Source: a virus (taxonomy: Duplodnaviria; Caudoviricetes). From it: a stretch of DNA of 64,000 bases. The translations under genes and the position numbers were made by a program. A model generated the notes under the pieces. That model was given only the letters and a program-made list of their open reading frames with translations, ran no database searches and was not told the origin of the DNA. Shown piece by piece: positions 1 through 9,859 of the stretch. The stretch's first letter is position 1, and every line of letters starts with the position of its first letter. Location of the stretch: IMG/VR virus record IMGVR_UViG_3300005670_000019; one strand, 5' to 3'.

Positions 1-1
1 T

Positions 2-442
2 ATCAACTCTCCGGGCGGAGATGTTTATGCTCTTCTAGAGATGGTGGATGCATTAGAAAACTGCGGGAAGAAGATTTTGACATATGTTAGCGGTCATGCA
101 ATGTCAGCCGGAGCTTTCCTTGCAGCATGTGGCGATCAGGGATTGAGATATGCATCAATAAACAGTGACATCATGGTTCACCAAATGTCTTCTGGTGTTA
201 TTGGTAAAACAGAAGACATTGTCTCTTTTGCTGACGGTGCCAAGAGAGTAAATGAACACCTGTTCAAACTTCTTGATAGAAAGACCGGACAAAAGGATGG
301 ATATTGGAAAGAGTTATTGAAAAATAATGACCATGCGGATATGTTTCTCTCACCATCTCAAGCAAAAGAACATAATCTCATAAATCAAATCGGTACTCCA
401 AAAATGACAGTGGACGTATCTGTAAAGATAACGGTGAAATGA
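2..442 (+). CDS. clpP: ClpP-like serine protease (5'-truncated by window)
   Basis: Frame open from base 2: INSPGGDV, then GHAMSAGAFL (catalytic Ser) and IMVHQ (catalytic His), typical S14 motifs. Confidence 0.9.
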   Translation: MNSPGGDVYALLEMVDALENCGKKILTYVSGHAMSAGAFLAACGDQGLRYASINSDIMVHQMSSGVIGKTEDIVSFADGAKRVNEHLFKLLDRKTGQKDGYWKELLKNNDHADMFLSPSQAKEHNLINQIGTPKMTVDVSVKITVK

Positions 443-443
443 T

Positions 444-731
444 ATGACGACTGCTTATGTTCAAGAGTGGAAAAAGAAAGTAAATGGAACCATGTATCCA
501 CTTGGTTTCTATGTTTACCCAACAATTGATATGTGTGTTTTTGATACACAAGCAAGGGTACAGGGACAGCAAATAAAATTGGTCGGAAACCAAAATCAAT
601 TTCATCCCGTAAGGGAATTTACAGCACCGGATGGTCCTATAAAAACGGTCGAAATTTCGAGGGAAATGTTCGAAAAAGTAAAGCAAACAAGGGGCTACTT
701 TGTCGAGTCACTTATTGATCTTAGAACCTGA
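444..731 (+). CDS. hypothetical protein
   Basis: 95 aa ORF starting 1 nt after clpP stop. Confidence 0.7.
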   Translation: MTTAYVQEWKKKVNGTMYPLGFYVYPTIDMCVFDTQARVQGQQIKLVGNQNQFHPVREFTAPDGPIKTVEISREMFEKVKQTRGYFVESLIDLRT

Positions 732-746
732 CGATTCCTGCATTCC

Positions 747-775
747 TTGAATTTCATCAAAATCTGTGCTATAGT
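747..775 (+). promoter_or_regulatory. sigma70-type promoter, leaderless start
   Basis: TTGAAT-N17-TATAGT, 6 nt before ATG 782. Confidence 0.7.
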
Positions 776-781
776 GGAAGT

Positions 782-1567
782 ATGAATAAAGAACACCTAC
801 TTCACCGGAAGCGCCATATCGTTGTGGGCGACATTCACGGGTGCTTTGACGAGTTTCAAGACCTTCTAAAGAAGGTGTCCTACGATGAGGACAGCGACCA
901 CCTTGTTTTGGTCGGCGACCTTGTTGACAGGGGACCAAAGAGTATGGAGGTCGTTGATTGGGCAATGAAGCGAAATGCCGTTGTCAACGTTGTTCAAGGA
1001 AATCATGAAGCGAAGCATCTTCGTTTCTTCCGACATGAACAAAAGAAGATTCATAATCGGCACTACAAGAACCCGATGAAGATGCCAGAATATATTCTGG
1101 AAGCTTACAACTCCTTGACGGATGACCATAGATGGTATCTAAAGAAGCTGCCATTTTATCTTCGACTCCCGGAGTTTAATTTGGTGGTTGTTCATGGAGG
1201 CTTGCTCCCTGGCAAGAAGGTTCAAGATCATACTCCAGAACAGATCATCTATACTCGTTATCTTGATAACGATAACTTTACGCAAGTTCAACTTGGACCT
1301 CCTCCGGATTTCAAGCCGAAGGAAAATACGTCTTTCTGGACGAACTTTTGGGATGGAGCAGAGAACGTAGCTTTTGGTCATCACGTTTTTGACCTTGAAA
1401 AGGTTCTTGAACTTCCATCCGCAAATCAGGGAATTTGCTACGCGCTTGACACCGGATGCTGTTTTGGTGGAAAGCTTACGGCAATGATTCTTGAACGTGG
1501 GACGCAAGCGCCCTCGTTTGAGCAAGTTGATGCAAGAAAGGAATATTTCAGTCATTCAAATGACTGA
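782..1567 (+). CDS. calcineurin-like metallophosphoesterase (PrpE/ApaH/Pnkp phosphatase-like)
   Basis: GDIHG, GDLVDRG, GNHE, VHGG, FGH, LDTGC motifs. Confidence 0.9.
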   Translation: MNKEHLLHRKRHIVVGDIHGCFDEFQDLLKKVSYDEDSDHLVLVGDLVDRGPKSMEVVDWAMKRNAVVNVVQGNHEAKHLRFFRHEQKKIHNRHYKNPMKMPEYILEAYNSLTDDHRWYLKKLPFYLRLPEFNLVVVHGGLLPGKKVQDHTPEQIIYTRYLDNDNFTQVQLGPPPDFKPKENTSFWTNFWDGAENVAFGHHVFDLEKVLELPSANQGICYALDTGCCFGGKLTAMILERGTQAPSFEQVDARKEYFSHSND

Positions 1568-1572
1568 ATGAA

Positions 1573-1953
1573 TTGATGACTTATATCAAATCAAAACCAT
1601 ACACCAAACATAGTAAACTAGCCATCGAGTTTTTCAACAAGCAAAAACCGGCTAGTTTAGTTTTATTTGAACTTTCCCTAATGAAAGGCGAAGTCTCTTT
1701 TAGGAGTTTCGACTATCTCAAATGGAAAGATTGCATGACTAAAAGTAATTCGGCAACATTACGCTTTGTGCAAAGTCCTTTTGGGAAACTTATAAAGTTT
1801 CCTCCAACGGAAAAAGAGCAAGATATTGCACTAATCTTTGTTGAACAACACAAAGATGAAGAAGTAACTTGTTTTTTCCTGCCTTCACACCAAACCTATG
1901 TGCTTATGAATTCAAAAGAAGCTTTTTTCTACCTAAAAAAGGTTATTGAATGA
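1573..1953 (+). CDS. hypothetical protein
   Basis: ORF in operon arrangement, overlaps next start (ATGA). Confidence 0.6.
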   Translation: MMTYIKSKPYTKHSKLAIEFFNKQKPASLVLFELSLMKGEVSFRSFDYLKWKDCMTKSNSATLRFVQSPFGKLIKFPPTEKEQDIALIFVEQHKDEEVTCFFLPSHQTYVLMNSKEAFFYLKKVIE

Positions 1954-2306
1954 CATTCGAAGAAAAATCTACCTTCATTTCCACCCTAAAGATTGGTGAA
2001 GTGATTCAGATATCTTCTGAAGATAAGATCAGTTTTATTGAAATTGATTACCATCAATGGGCAAGTCAAGAGCCAAGAATTGATCCTAGAGATATGCTAA
2101 GCGATAGCTATATTGTAATTGATCCACCATTCACCAGAAACATAATTCTGCTTGAAACGTTCAGTAGACACGTAGTGCAAATTCCTAGCTCAAATACAAC
2201 AAAAGTTCTTGTTATTGGAATTTTCCTTGATTGTGAAACAAAGAAAATCTTCTATGAGAACTCAAGAGCCATTTATGCAATGACTGATTTTACTTTACAG
2301 AAGTAA
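1950..2306 (+). CDS. hypothetical protein
   Basis: ATGA overlap with previous ORF. Confidence 0.6.
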   Translation: MTFEEKSTFISTLKIGEVIQISSEDKISFIEIDYHQWASQEPRIDPRDMLSDSYIVIDPPFTRNIILLETFSRHVVQIPSSNTTKVLVIGIFLDCETKKIFYENSRAIYAMTDFTLQK

Positions 2307-2460
2307 GTTGTTCTAAAGGATCTAAAACGCTTTCTGCGAAGTTATCACAAAGAGCCTGTAGGCTCTTTTCTATTTGTTCACGTTCATCTTTTGGAAGTTC
2401 TTCCAAGACTTTTTTGAACTGCTTTGTTGAGCGGATTTGATCCCAAACTTTATTTTTCAT
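2290..2460 (-). CDS. small helical protein downstream of tape measure (56 aa, MKNKVWDQIRSTKQF...)
   Basis: Read manually, below ORF-track cutoff; fills the gap after the TMP stop. Confidence 0.55.
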   Translation of the reverse strand: MKNKVWDQIRSTKQFKKVLEELPKDEREQIEKSLQALCDNFAESVLDPLEQLTSVK

Positions 2461-2473
2461 TGACTATACCCCA

Positions 2474-5400
2474 TTATGTTTCCCTGTAATCAGGGTCGAT
2501 TGTAAACCTTGTTCCCCCTGGTCTTCCAATCAAATGCTCCTCAAACTCATCTGCATCAAGTTTGACATTTACTGTCAAATCTACTTTGAAGCTTCTGTTC
2601 TTGATTGTGTATTCTTGTCTTTTCGTTGCTGAAAGACCAAGATCAGAAGCTAGACGTTTCAAGGAGACATTGACATTGTCAAATCTAACTCCCTTGAGCG
2701 CAGCAGAGATTTCATTCACACTCTCAATCATACTTTCAACTCTTGTAGCAATGGAGCCTTCTGGTCCTTTCAGTTGCTCAAACATTTCAACACTATCGTT
2801 GATTGCTCCAAACGCTTGTGGTATTTTCGTAATTGCATCCAAAGATTTTGAAAAACTTTCGACTTTTGTATTTATTCCTCTTGGAATTGCATTGAAGACT
2901 TCGAGTTTTGGAACAAGACCTTGGATGAAACTGATTACACTGAAGTTTCCATCTCCATAAATAAAGCCTTGAAAAGTCTTTAGCCTTTGCGCAACCTCTG
3001 AATAAGAGGCTTTTTCATTTCCTCCCTGACCGAAGTCTCGAAGGGATTTGAACATTTCAGGAATACGTGTTATAAGACCGAAAAAGTCACCAAGAGCTTC
3101 GAAACCAGCTTTCAAGTTCTTGACTTGATTTTGTTTCAAGTTCTTGAAACTTTCAACGGACACTTGAATTATACCTTGCACAGCACCTAACAAAGGTCCA
3201 AAGAAACCTTCACTAATAGCTCTCAATTCACTTGCAATCGTTGTTCCTTGAGGCAGATTTTTGAACATATCTTGAAATGCAAGGAGTTCTGCAAGAGTTC
3301 CGATTGCAAGGAATACTGATCCAATTGCTTTTGACACGTCTGCAACAACGCGAGCTTGTCCTTCACTCAAACCTTGTGTTTCTTGAGCGATTCTCTTTAC
3401 AAGATCAGATGCAGCAGAGAAGATTGATGGTTCACCAGCGCGTCCCATGATTCCTTGGACGAAAGCAGAAATAAATGTTCGAAGTCGTGGAGCAACATCT
3501 GCTAGATCCTCAGCATCATTTCCATATTGTCGACGGATTACGTTTGCCATACCAGAAGCAAGAGAAGAAATGCTTCTCAAAATTTCACTGATTACTGTTG
3601 CTGCTCTTTGCGCGTCTTCCCCAAAAACAAGTCCTCTTGAAAGAGTTGCAAACTGTTCACCAACAGTTTTGAAGGTTCCTGACAGAGCTGTAGAGATTTG
3701 GCTAATATAGTCTCCAAGAGCACGAATACGAGATGAAGCCGTGTCTCCTGATAGAGTATCAAGCCAGCCAGTATCGAAGAGTTCTGGTGGTGGTTGAAGT
3801 GCTTTGGCTGCTCCCATTACACTTCCAAGAGTATTTGCCAAAGTTTCAGCACCTTGAAGAGCTTGTGGACCTCTATTTGAAAGTGACTTCGCTTGATTGA
3901 CAAACTGATCAATCATTCCGGTCATCTCTCCTCCAAGAGATTTTACAAACTCCTTTGCTTGATTGAGTTTTTGGGTAAATGACGGACCTCCAAATAGAAG
4001 TTCTCCAAATGAAGGAGTTGCGGCTGTCATAATTGAAGAAATAGATCCAGCCATTTCTCCAACTGTTCCGAGAATAGAAGTGAAGGTTTGAGTTTGACGT
4101 TCAAATCCTGCATCCAAAGGGATCGTTTTGATGTTCTCAATGATAGCAAGGACTGTTCCTGTCATCTTCATGATAACACCCTGGATGGCGTCAAATCCTG
4201 CTGCCATTGCAACTCCACCGGCTCCAGCAGTTGCAAGAATGAAAGTTCCAACACCAGCAGCAACAGCAGTTACCGCGGATGCAGCTAAGAAAATACCACT
4301 AGTAGCAAACATTATTTTTGTTGCTTTATTGATATCACTTTCTTTATAACCCTTGAAAGCTTCAATCATTTCTTTTGCTGCATATCCCATTCCTAAAGCA
4401 ACCAAAGAAACAGCTCCAAGACCAAGAGCTATTTGAACTCCCATAGCTGGTGCTAGTTGACCCACAGAAGCAAGAATGTACATAATTCCAGCAACTTCAG
4501 CCATAACAAGACCAGATGCGATAAACAATCCGGCTGTTGCTGCCATGGTTCCTGGTTTGATGTTTTGTTGTTGAATGATTGTTGCAACGCCAGCCATTGC
4601 AAGAGCAATTGCAGAAATACCAACCGTTATGAGTGTTCCAATTAGAACCATTTTAGCAACGGCAGCTCCAGTGATTGGAGACTTCTGTGCAACTTCACCT
4701 GCCTTTGCAGCGGCTCCAGTCGCCTCTGTAATCCCCTTCAAAGATGCGGCGCTCTTAGGACCCGTCGAAACATCTTTCACGACATTGGAGAGCCCGTGGA
4801 GCCCTTGTTCGGCTGCTGCTTTGACTGCTCGTCCTGTAAACGCATTCTTCACGGCTCGTGCAACTGCTCCTCCGAGAGCAACAAGCAAAGCACCGCCAAA
4901 TCCACGAACAACGGCTCCGATTGCAGCAGGACCGAAGGCAGCTCCAAAAATCCAAGGCAGAGCCTTTTTCAAATAAGGTTCAAGTCTTTCACCAATTGCC
5001 CCAAACAGTTGTTTTGTTGCATCCCAAAGAGCAGGAAGGACATTTTTGATAAGTTCTGATCCCGCCGGAGCAAGAGCAGCAAATATTTCACCGAAGAAAC
5101 CACCAGCAGCTCCAGCGCCAGATTTCAGTCCAGCAATTGCAGCAGAAGGATCTTTGATAAAGTCAGCAAGGAACTTCACACCTTTTGTTACACCCTTTAC
5201 AGCAGCAAGTCCAATCTGTCCAAAGATTACCAACATACTCTTTGAGAAAGTTTTGAAACCATCAAGAACTTTTCTTCCTGTAGAGGATTGAGTGTCAAAG
5301 AAGTTGAAAAAGTTATCTTTCAGTTTCTTTAGAAGATTTGGCAATGCCGTTTGAGGGTTTGTTGTCATCTCCTTGAAGAAATCTTTGAAACTGTCTCGAA

Positions 5401-7063
5401 CAGAACCGAGCATCTTTCGCCAACGTCCTCTTTCAAACAGTTCAGCCATGCCTTTGAACATGTCAGCAACACCAGGGAAGAACTTCATGAAATCACGACC
5501 AACACGAATACCCGTATGGAACGTATCTTGCATTGCTCTTCGAAGGTTCATTATGACTTTTCGGAATTCCCATGAACGCTCAATTCCCTTTTCAAAACCT
5601 TTCAAGAAGATTTGAAGGAAACTTCCATTGAGTTGAGCACCTTGACGAACAAGACGCTCAATGGAGTTGGAAAGCTTCTGCATTGCTTCCGCTTGAGAAA
5701 GTTGTTGCTTCTGTGTTGCTTGAGCTTGTTTCTGAATGTCTGCATATGAAACAGCTTGACTTTTTTGGGAGAATGCAAGACTGAGTGTCGCATCATCAAG
5801 ATTTGTTTGTTGAGCAAGAAGGGCACGTTCCTGACGTGTCATTGTTTCAATGCTCTTTCCGGTTGCGAAGAATGCTTTTCTCATCCTTTCTATTCGAGAG
5901 GCAGGATCCTGATCTTTCAACTGTTCAAGAACATCAATATTCAAGCCGAATGCTTGATTGAGCTGAGCAACACTCTCAGCAGCACTTTCAAAGTTATCGA
6001 ACTTGTCAATAACTCCAAGAAGTCCTTTGACATCAATTCCCAATTTCTTCGCATAGACAGAGATTCCAGAAAGAACTTCAGGAGCAATGTTACCAAAGTT
6101 CTTGAAGTCTGTCATCATCTCTCCAACATCACGAGAAATGACTTTGCCATTGATACCAAATGCTTCACCCATTTGGTAAGCTGTTGATGTAACTCTTCTT
6201 CCTTGTTCTTGGAAAGTGGTTCCCATTGCAAGAGCTCTTTGTCCAAAAGCAACCATTGCCTGTTCACTCAAACCAAGACCCTTTTGATAAGCAAAGAACT
6301 CTTCAGCACTTGAAGCAAGTTCGTTTTTCAATTGATAGAAAGTCGGACCAAGCTCACGTGCCATACGATGAACTTCCTTCAATCTCTCAGCAAAGAAACC
6401 CATGGTTCGTGTTACAGACAAACCAGTATTTGAAAGTTCACCTTGAACACTTCTAAATCCATCAATGATCGCCTTGCTTTCGTTTCTTGCAAGGTCACCG
6501 AAGTTCTTACGGATTGCTTCAAGCTCTTGACGAAACTCATTTGAACCTTGCGTTACTTGATTCATCAAATGAGACAAGATTTTGAATGGAATAGAAATCA
6601 GAGACATGCCAAAATTGGCTACAGTCTTTACTCCCTGAGATATGACACCAAAGAACCTTTGAGCAGAGTGAATACTGAACTTGAAACCTTGAATAGCACC
6701 GTCAAGTCCGGCAACTAGTCCAAGAGCAAATGGAGAAGTGAGTTTGTCCAGTGTTGTAAGTGACTTTCCAAGAGCACCAGATTGTTTCACAGCGTTAGCA
6801 ATCTGTCCAGCCATCTTATCCATCCCTTGTCCACCTTGATCAGTTGCTTTTTGAGCAGCCATACCAAGTGCTTCAACCAAGGAGTTTGTTGTTTCAAGAC
6901 CTCTGTTGACTTCATCCGTATCAGTGATTTTTGAAATAGCGGCAGCAATGCTTCGAGCTGTAGCAATTGAACGACTTTCAAGATTTGAGATTTCTTGAAG
7001 CGTCTTCTTTCTTTCACTCAACAGTTCGTTGATTTTCTGTGCTGTTTCAATTGGATCAGCCAT
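2474..7063 (-). CDS. tail tape measure protein
   Basis: 1529 aa, Ala/Gly-rich helical, central hydrophobic stretches, in tail morphogenesis context. Confidence 0.85.
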   Translation of the reverse strand: MADPIETAQKINELLSERKKTLQEISNLESRSIATARSIAAAISKITDTDEVNRGLETTNSLVEALGMAAQKATDQGGQGMDKMAGQIANAVKQSGALGKSLTTLDKLTSPFALGLVAGLDGAIQGFKFSIHSAQRFFGVISQGVKTVANFGMSLISIPFKILSHLMNQVTQGSNEFRQELEAIRKNFGDLARNESKAIIDGFRSVQGELSNTGLSVTRTMGFFAERLKEVHRMARELGPTFYQLKNELASSAEEFFAYQKGLGLSEQAMVAFGQRALAMGTTFQEQGRRVTSTAYQMGEAFGINGKVISRDVGEMMTDFKNFGNIAPEVLSGISVYAKKLGIDVKGLLGVIDKFDNFESAAESVAQLNQAFGLNIDVLEQLKDQDPASRIERMRKAFFATGKSIETMTRQERALLAQQTNLDDATLSLAFSQKSQAVSYADIQKQAQATQKQQLSQAEAMQKLSNSIERLVRQGAQLNGSFLQIFLKGFEKGIERSWEFRKVIMNLRRAMQDTFHTGIRVGRDFMKFFPGVADMFKGMAELFERGRWRKMLGSVRDSFKDFFKEMTTNPQTALPNLLKKLKDNFFNFFDTQSSTGRKVLDGFKTFSKSMLVIFGQIGLAAVKGVTKGVKFLADFIKDPSAAIAGLKSGAGAAGGFFGEIFAALAPAGSELIKNVLPALWDATKQLFGAIGERLEPYLKKALPWIFGAAFGPAAIGAVVRGFGGALLVALGGAVARAVKNAFTGRAVKAAAEQGLHGLSNVVKDVSTGPKSAASLKGITEATGAAAKAGEVAQKSPITGAAVAKMVLIGTLITVGISAIALAMAGVATIIQQQNIKPGTMAATAGLFIASGLVMAEVAGIMYILASVGQLAPAMGVQIALGLGAVSLVALGMGYAAKEMIEAFKGYKESDINKATKIMFATSGIFLAASAVTAVAAGVGTFILATAGAGGVAMAAGFDAIQGVIMKMTGTVLAIIENIKTIPLDAGFERQTQTFTSILGTVGEMAGSISSIMTAATPSFGELLFGGPSFTQKLNQAKEFVKSLGGEMTGMIDQFVNQAKSLSNRGPQALQGAETLANTLGSVMGAAKALQPPPELFDTGWLDTLSGDTASSRIRALGDYISQISTALSGTFKTVGEQFATLSRGLVFGEDAQRAATVISEILRSISSLASGMANVIRRQYGNDAEDLADVAPRLRTFISAFVQGIMGRAGEPSIFSAASDLVKRIAQETQGLSEGQARVVADVSKAIGSVFLAIGTLAELLAFQDMFKNLPQGTTIASELRAISEGFFGPLLGAVQGIIQVSVESFKNLKQNQVKNLKAGFEALGDFFGLITRIPEMFKSLRDFGQGGNEKASYSEVAQRLKTFQGFIYGDGNFSVISFIQGLVPKLEVFNAIPRGINTKVESFSKSLDAITKIPQAFGAINDSVEMFEQLKGPEGSIATRVESMIESVNEISAALKGVRFDNVNVSLKRLASDLGLSATKRQEYTIKNRSFKVDLTVNVKLDADEFEEHLIGRPGGTRFTIDPDYRET

Positions 7064-7128
7064 ATTTTTGATATCTTTACCATCTTACAACAAATGGCAA
7101 TCATAATTACATCTTAGATCGAACTTCT

Positions 7129-7428
7129 GTGAAAGAAGTTGAAACAAAGGACAAAATAGTGGCATACAAACTAAGCACACTTGGAAAGATTTTTTTTGCT
7201 GGTCTTGCAACAAAAATGGCACGAGAAATCGCGATGCCACTGAAACTAAAAGCAAGACCTGAACAAATACAGGCAATCACCGATGCCATTATGGCTTCAA
7301 AAGAGTTTCAGGATGAAATCAATAAACCTGGAGCAACGATTGAAGATGTGATTCAAAAGATGAAATTGAAGAACGTCAACAAGCAGTCTTTTGAGAAGAT
7401 TACAGGCAAACCTTGGCCATTAGGATGA
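7129..7428 (+). CDS. hypothetical protein
   Basis: 99 aa ORF heading a plus-strand cluster. Confidence 0.65.
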   Translation: MKEVETKDKIVAYKLSTLGKIFFAGLATKMAREIAMPLKLKARPEQIQAITDAIMASKEFQDEINKPGATIEDVIQKMKLKNVNKQSFEKITGKPWPLG

Positions 7429-7432
7429 GACA

Positions 7433-8122
7433 ATGAATTTAGAAATGCTTGCAAAAAAAGTTGTGATGAGTGATCAGTTTGAAGAACTAAAAGAACTCAT
7501 GCCTCAACTTTATAGACTAACACAGAACCTTTACAAAGATGTTGAATATGGTTCTGTGTCGCCTGATCTTCAAGAAAGAGTTGAAAAACACTTCAAATAT
7601 CTTTGGAGATATTTGAATCTTGGCGACAACATTTCTTTGACAGGACCGGAGGCTGCGTTTGTTGGGGATATGCATAGAAATGCAAAAGCGATAAGAACAA
7701 TCCAAAGTGATAAAAGGAGAGCTTCAATGTTTGGTGAAAGTAAGAAAATTACAAAGAAACAAATCAACAAACTCATCGAGAGCATTGTTGCTGAAATGTG
7801 TGATGAAGAGTTGAACGAGAGTGAGCTTTCTCCTGATCCCGAATGGGATACAATTCAAGGAGCTCCAATGCATCAACGTTATCCAGGCTCCTTTGAAGAA
7901 GATGGACAAAGACCTGATTTGAAAGAAGGAACCAATATCCGTTGGGATAATGGAGTTTACAAGGCAGCAATCAGTGCAAATAAAACAGCAGAACTTATTG
8001 GCAATTTGATTAGTCACTCAAATGGACTAAATGAAGATCAACTTTTCAAATTGAAGCAAACTCATGAAAAAGCATCTCATCTTGCCAAACTTGTTGAGAT
8101 TATGAAAAATTGGAGAAGTTGA
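7433..8122 (+). CDS. putative internal head protein (internal KITKKQINKLIESIVAE tag)
   Basis: Shared tag motif. Confidence 0.6.
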   Translation: MNLEMLAKKVVMSDQFEELKELMPQLYRLTQNLYKDVEYGSVSPDLQERVEKHFKYLWRYLNLGDNISLTGPEAAFVGDMHRNAKAIRTIQSDKRRASMFGESKKITKKQINKLIESIVAEMCDEELNESELSPDPEWDTIQGAPMHQRYPGSFEEDGQRPDLKEGTNIRWDNGVYKAAISANKTAELIGNLISHSNGLNEDQLFKLKQTHEKASHLAKLVEIMKNWRS

Positions 8123-8123
8123 A

Positions 8124-8375
8124 ATGAAGATTACGAAGAAACAAATTCAAAAACTTGTTGAGAGTATCATCAAAGAGCAACAACTTGACATAAGCACTAG
8201 AGTTGAAAATCTTGAAGCGATGAGAAAAGCAATTGTGAGATATCATGCTCACGCAGAAACACTTTTTGAATTACCAACATTTCAAAGACAGTTTGAACGA
8301 GGACTGAGAGAAATTGAAGAGGCTGTAAGCAATCAAATCTTTGCTCTTCAACATCCATACACTGACAAAGACTGA
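8124..8375 (+). CDS. putative internal head protein (MKITKKQIQKLVESIIKE tag)
   Basis: Shared tag motif. Confidence 0.6.
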   Translation: MKITKKQIQKLVESIIKEQQLDISTRVENLEAMRKAIVRYHAHAETLFELPTFQRQFERGLREIEEAVSNQIFALQHPYTDKD

Positions 8376-8379
8376 AGTC

Positions 8380-9192
8380 ATGAAAATCTCTCCAAAACAA
8401 CTTGATCAATTGATTGAAAGCCTCGTTGAACAGGCTTTCAATTCTCGTTTCCCTTCTGGAGATCCATATAAGAAAACTGATGTGGATAAAGACGTAGTGA
8501 AACTGAACAAGTATATGGAGACAACTGGTTTGTTCTTTCATTTCAGTGAAACAGGAAAGATTGGTATCAATCCTAAATCTACTGACCATCCGGGAGTTCG
8601 TGGATTTTATGGTTTTCTTCTAACGCCAAAAGAGTTCTTTCAGGAAAGTCACCATGAATGGTTCACAAAAAGAAAGTATATTGTTGTCTTCAAACTAAAG
8701 CCTGGTTTGAATATTCTGGAGCTTCGTAATAGATATGATTTGGATAAGACCTTGAAAAGGGGTCAATTCACATTGCAAATAAGAAAAGAGCCTTTGGACA
8801 GGCATCTTACCAGCAAAGCTGAACAAACAAGACTTCTTCAAAAGATGAACTTTGATGGGGTGTTCTCTGGACAACAGTTCTTCATGACAGATATGAAAAA
8901 TGAACTGGTTGTCTTTCCGCCTTACCAAAATAAAATTGAAATCGTTGATATCGTAAAAAACCCTCTTCACACTTACAAACAAAACAGAGAGTTTTACGAT
9001 CCCGTACATGACGGACCTCCAGATGAAACACCTCCTGTAAGAGTTCCTCCAAAGTATCAAGATAGCAGAGCTTCAAAGAAAAGAAGTGCGAAGAACAAAC
9101 TTCAAACTAACAAAGAACCAAAGAGTCGTAGTGAAGCCGAGAAGAGAAGGAAGAAGTTTGTGGATGACAACAATAGGGATCCACTCGATTGA
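8380..9192 (+). CDS. tagged protein with possible ADP-ribosyltransferase-like domain
   Basis: Start reassigned to ATG 8380 (MKISPKQLDQLIE); FFHFS...GFYGF...FDGV...ELVVF pattern resembles H-Y-E clade ARTs. Confidence 0.5.
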   Translation: MKISPKQLDQLIESLVEQAFNSRFPSGDPYKKTDVDKDVVKLNKYMETTGLFFHFSETGKIGINPKSTDHPGVRGFYGFLLTPKEFFQESHHEWFTKRKYIVVFKLKPGLNILELRNRYDLDKTLKRGQFTLQIRKEPLDRHLTSKAEQTRLLQKMNFDGVFSGQQFFMTDMKNELVVFPPYQNKIEIVDIVKNPLHTYKQNREFYDPVHDGPPDETPPVRVPPKYQDSRASKKRSAKNKLQTNKEPKSRSEAEKRRKKFVDDNNRDPLD

Positions 9193-9202
9193 TCATACTC
9201 TC

Positions 9203-9224
9203 TTCTAATTGGTTATCTTCCACT
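9203..9224 (+). promoter_or_regulatory. 22-bp conserved upstream motif, copy 1 (TTCTAATTGGTTATCTTCCACT)
   Basis: Near-identical copies at 21469-21490 and 41295-41316. Confidence 0.6.
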
Positions 9225-9246
9225 TAAAGACACTAAAGGATAATAG

Positions 9247-9810
9247 ATGAGCTTCTTCAAAACAAAACCCCATGAAAAGATTGGTCAAGCGCGCATAAAT
9301 GTGAAAGACCAGTCTTCTGGTTATGGAACAAATATTATCATCAAAACAGTTCGTCTTCCTGATGGTGTCATTGAGAAGTTCTTTGTTACTGATGACGGCG
9401 ATAGTGTCCAGATATTTGCTATAACCCATATGAACGAAGTGATAATGGTAAGGCAGTGGCGTCCGGGAAATGAGTCGGAGGGGCTAGAACTGCCTGGTGG
9501 TGGCTTAGAGAAGGGTGAAGACCCACTTGACGCTGCCGAACGAGAACTTGTTGAAGAGACAATGTTCTCTGCCGGACGAATGGAATACCTTGGAAGTTGT
9601 CCTTATTCTCCATACTCTAATGGAAGACGTCATATGTTCTTTGCAAGAGACTGCGTTAGAACAGAGAAACACCTTGATTTAGATGACAATGAACACTTAC
9701 AGGTTGTGAAGATGCCTTTGGACATATTCGTTGCCAAAATCAAAGAAAGTCCCGCAAGTATTCGAGGATGGGATCTTGCACTTCTTGCATTGAATAAGTT
9801 TGGATATTGA
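9247..9810 (+). CDS. Nudix hydrolase (ADP-ribose pyrophosphatase-like)
   Basis: Nudix box GGGLEKGEDPLDAAERELVEET; VRQWR and LDDNE motifs as in ADPRases. Confidence 0.9.
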   Translation: MSFFKTKPHEKIGQARINVKDQSSGYGTNIIIKTVRLPDGVIEKFFVTDDGDSVQIFAITHMNEVIMVRQWRPGNESEGLELPGGGLEKGEDPLDAAERELVEETMFSAGRMEYLGSCPYSPYSNGRRHMFFARDCVRTEKHLDLDDNEHLQVVKMPLDIFVAKIKESPASIRGWDLALLALNKFGY

Positions 9811-9859
9811 GATATTAGAACTGTAAGAAGTGGTAAGCTATTTACCCAAAAGAGGAAAT

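Noticed and set aside
2562-6456. Numerous short plus-strand ORFs within the tape measure gene
   Set aside because: Antisense shadows with no independent signals
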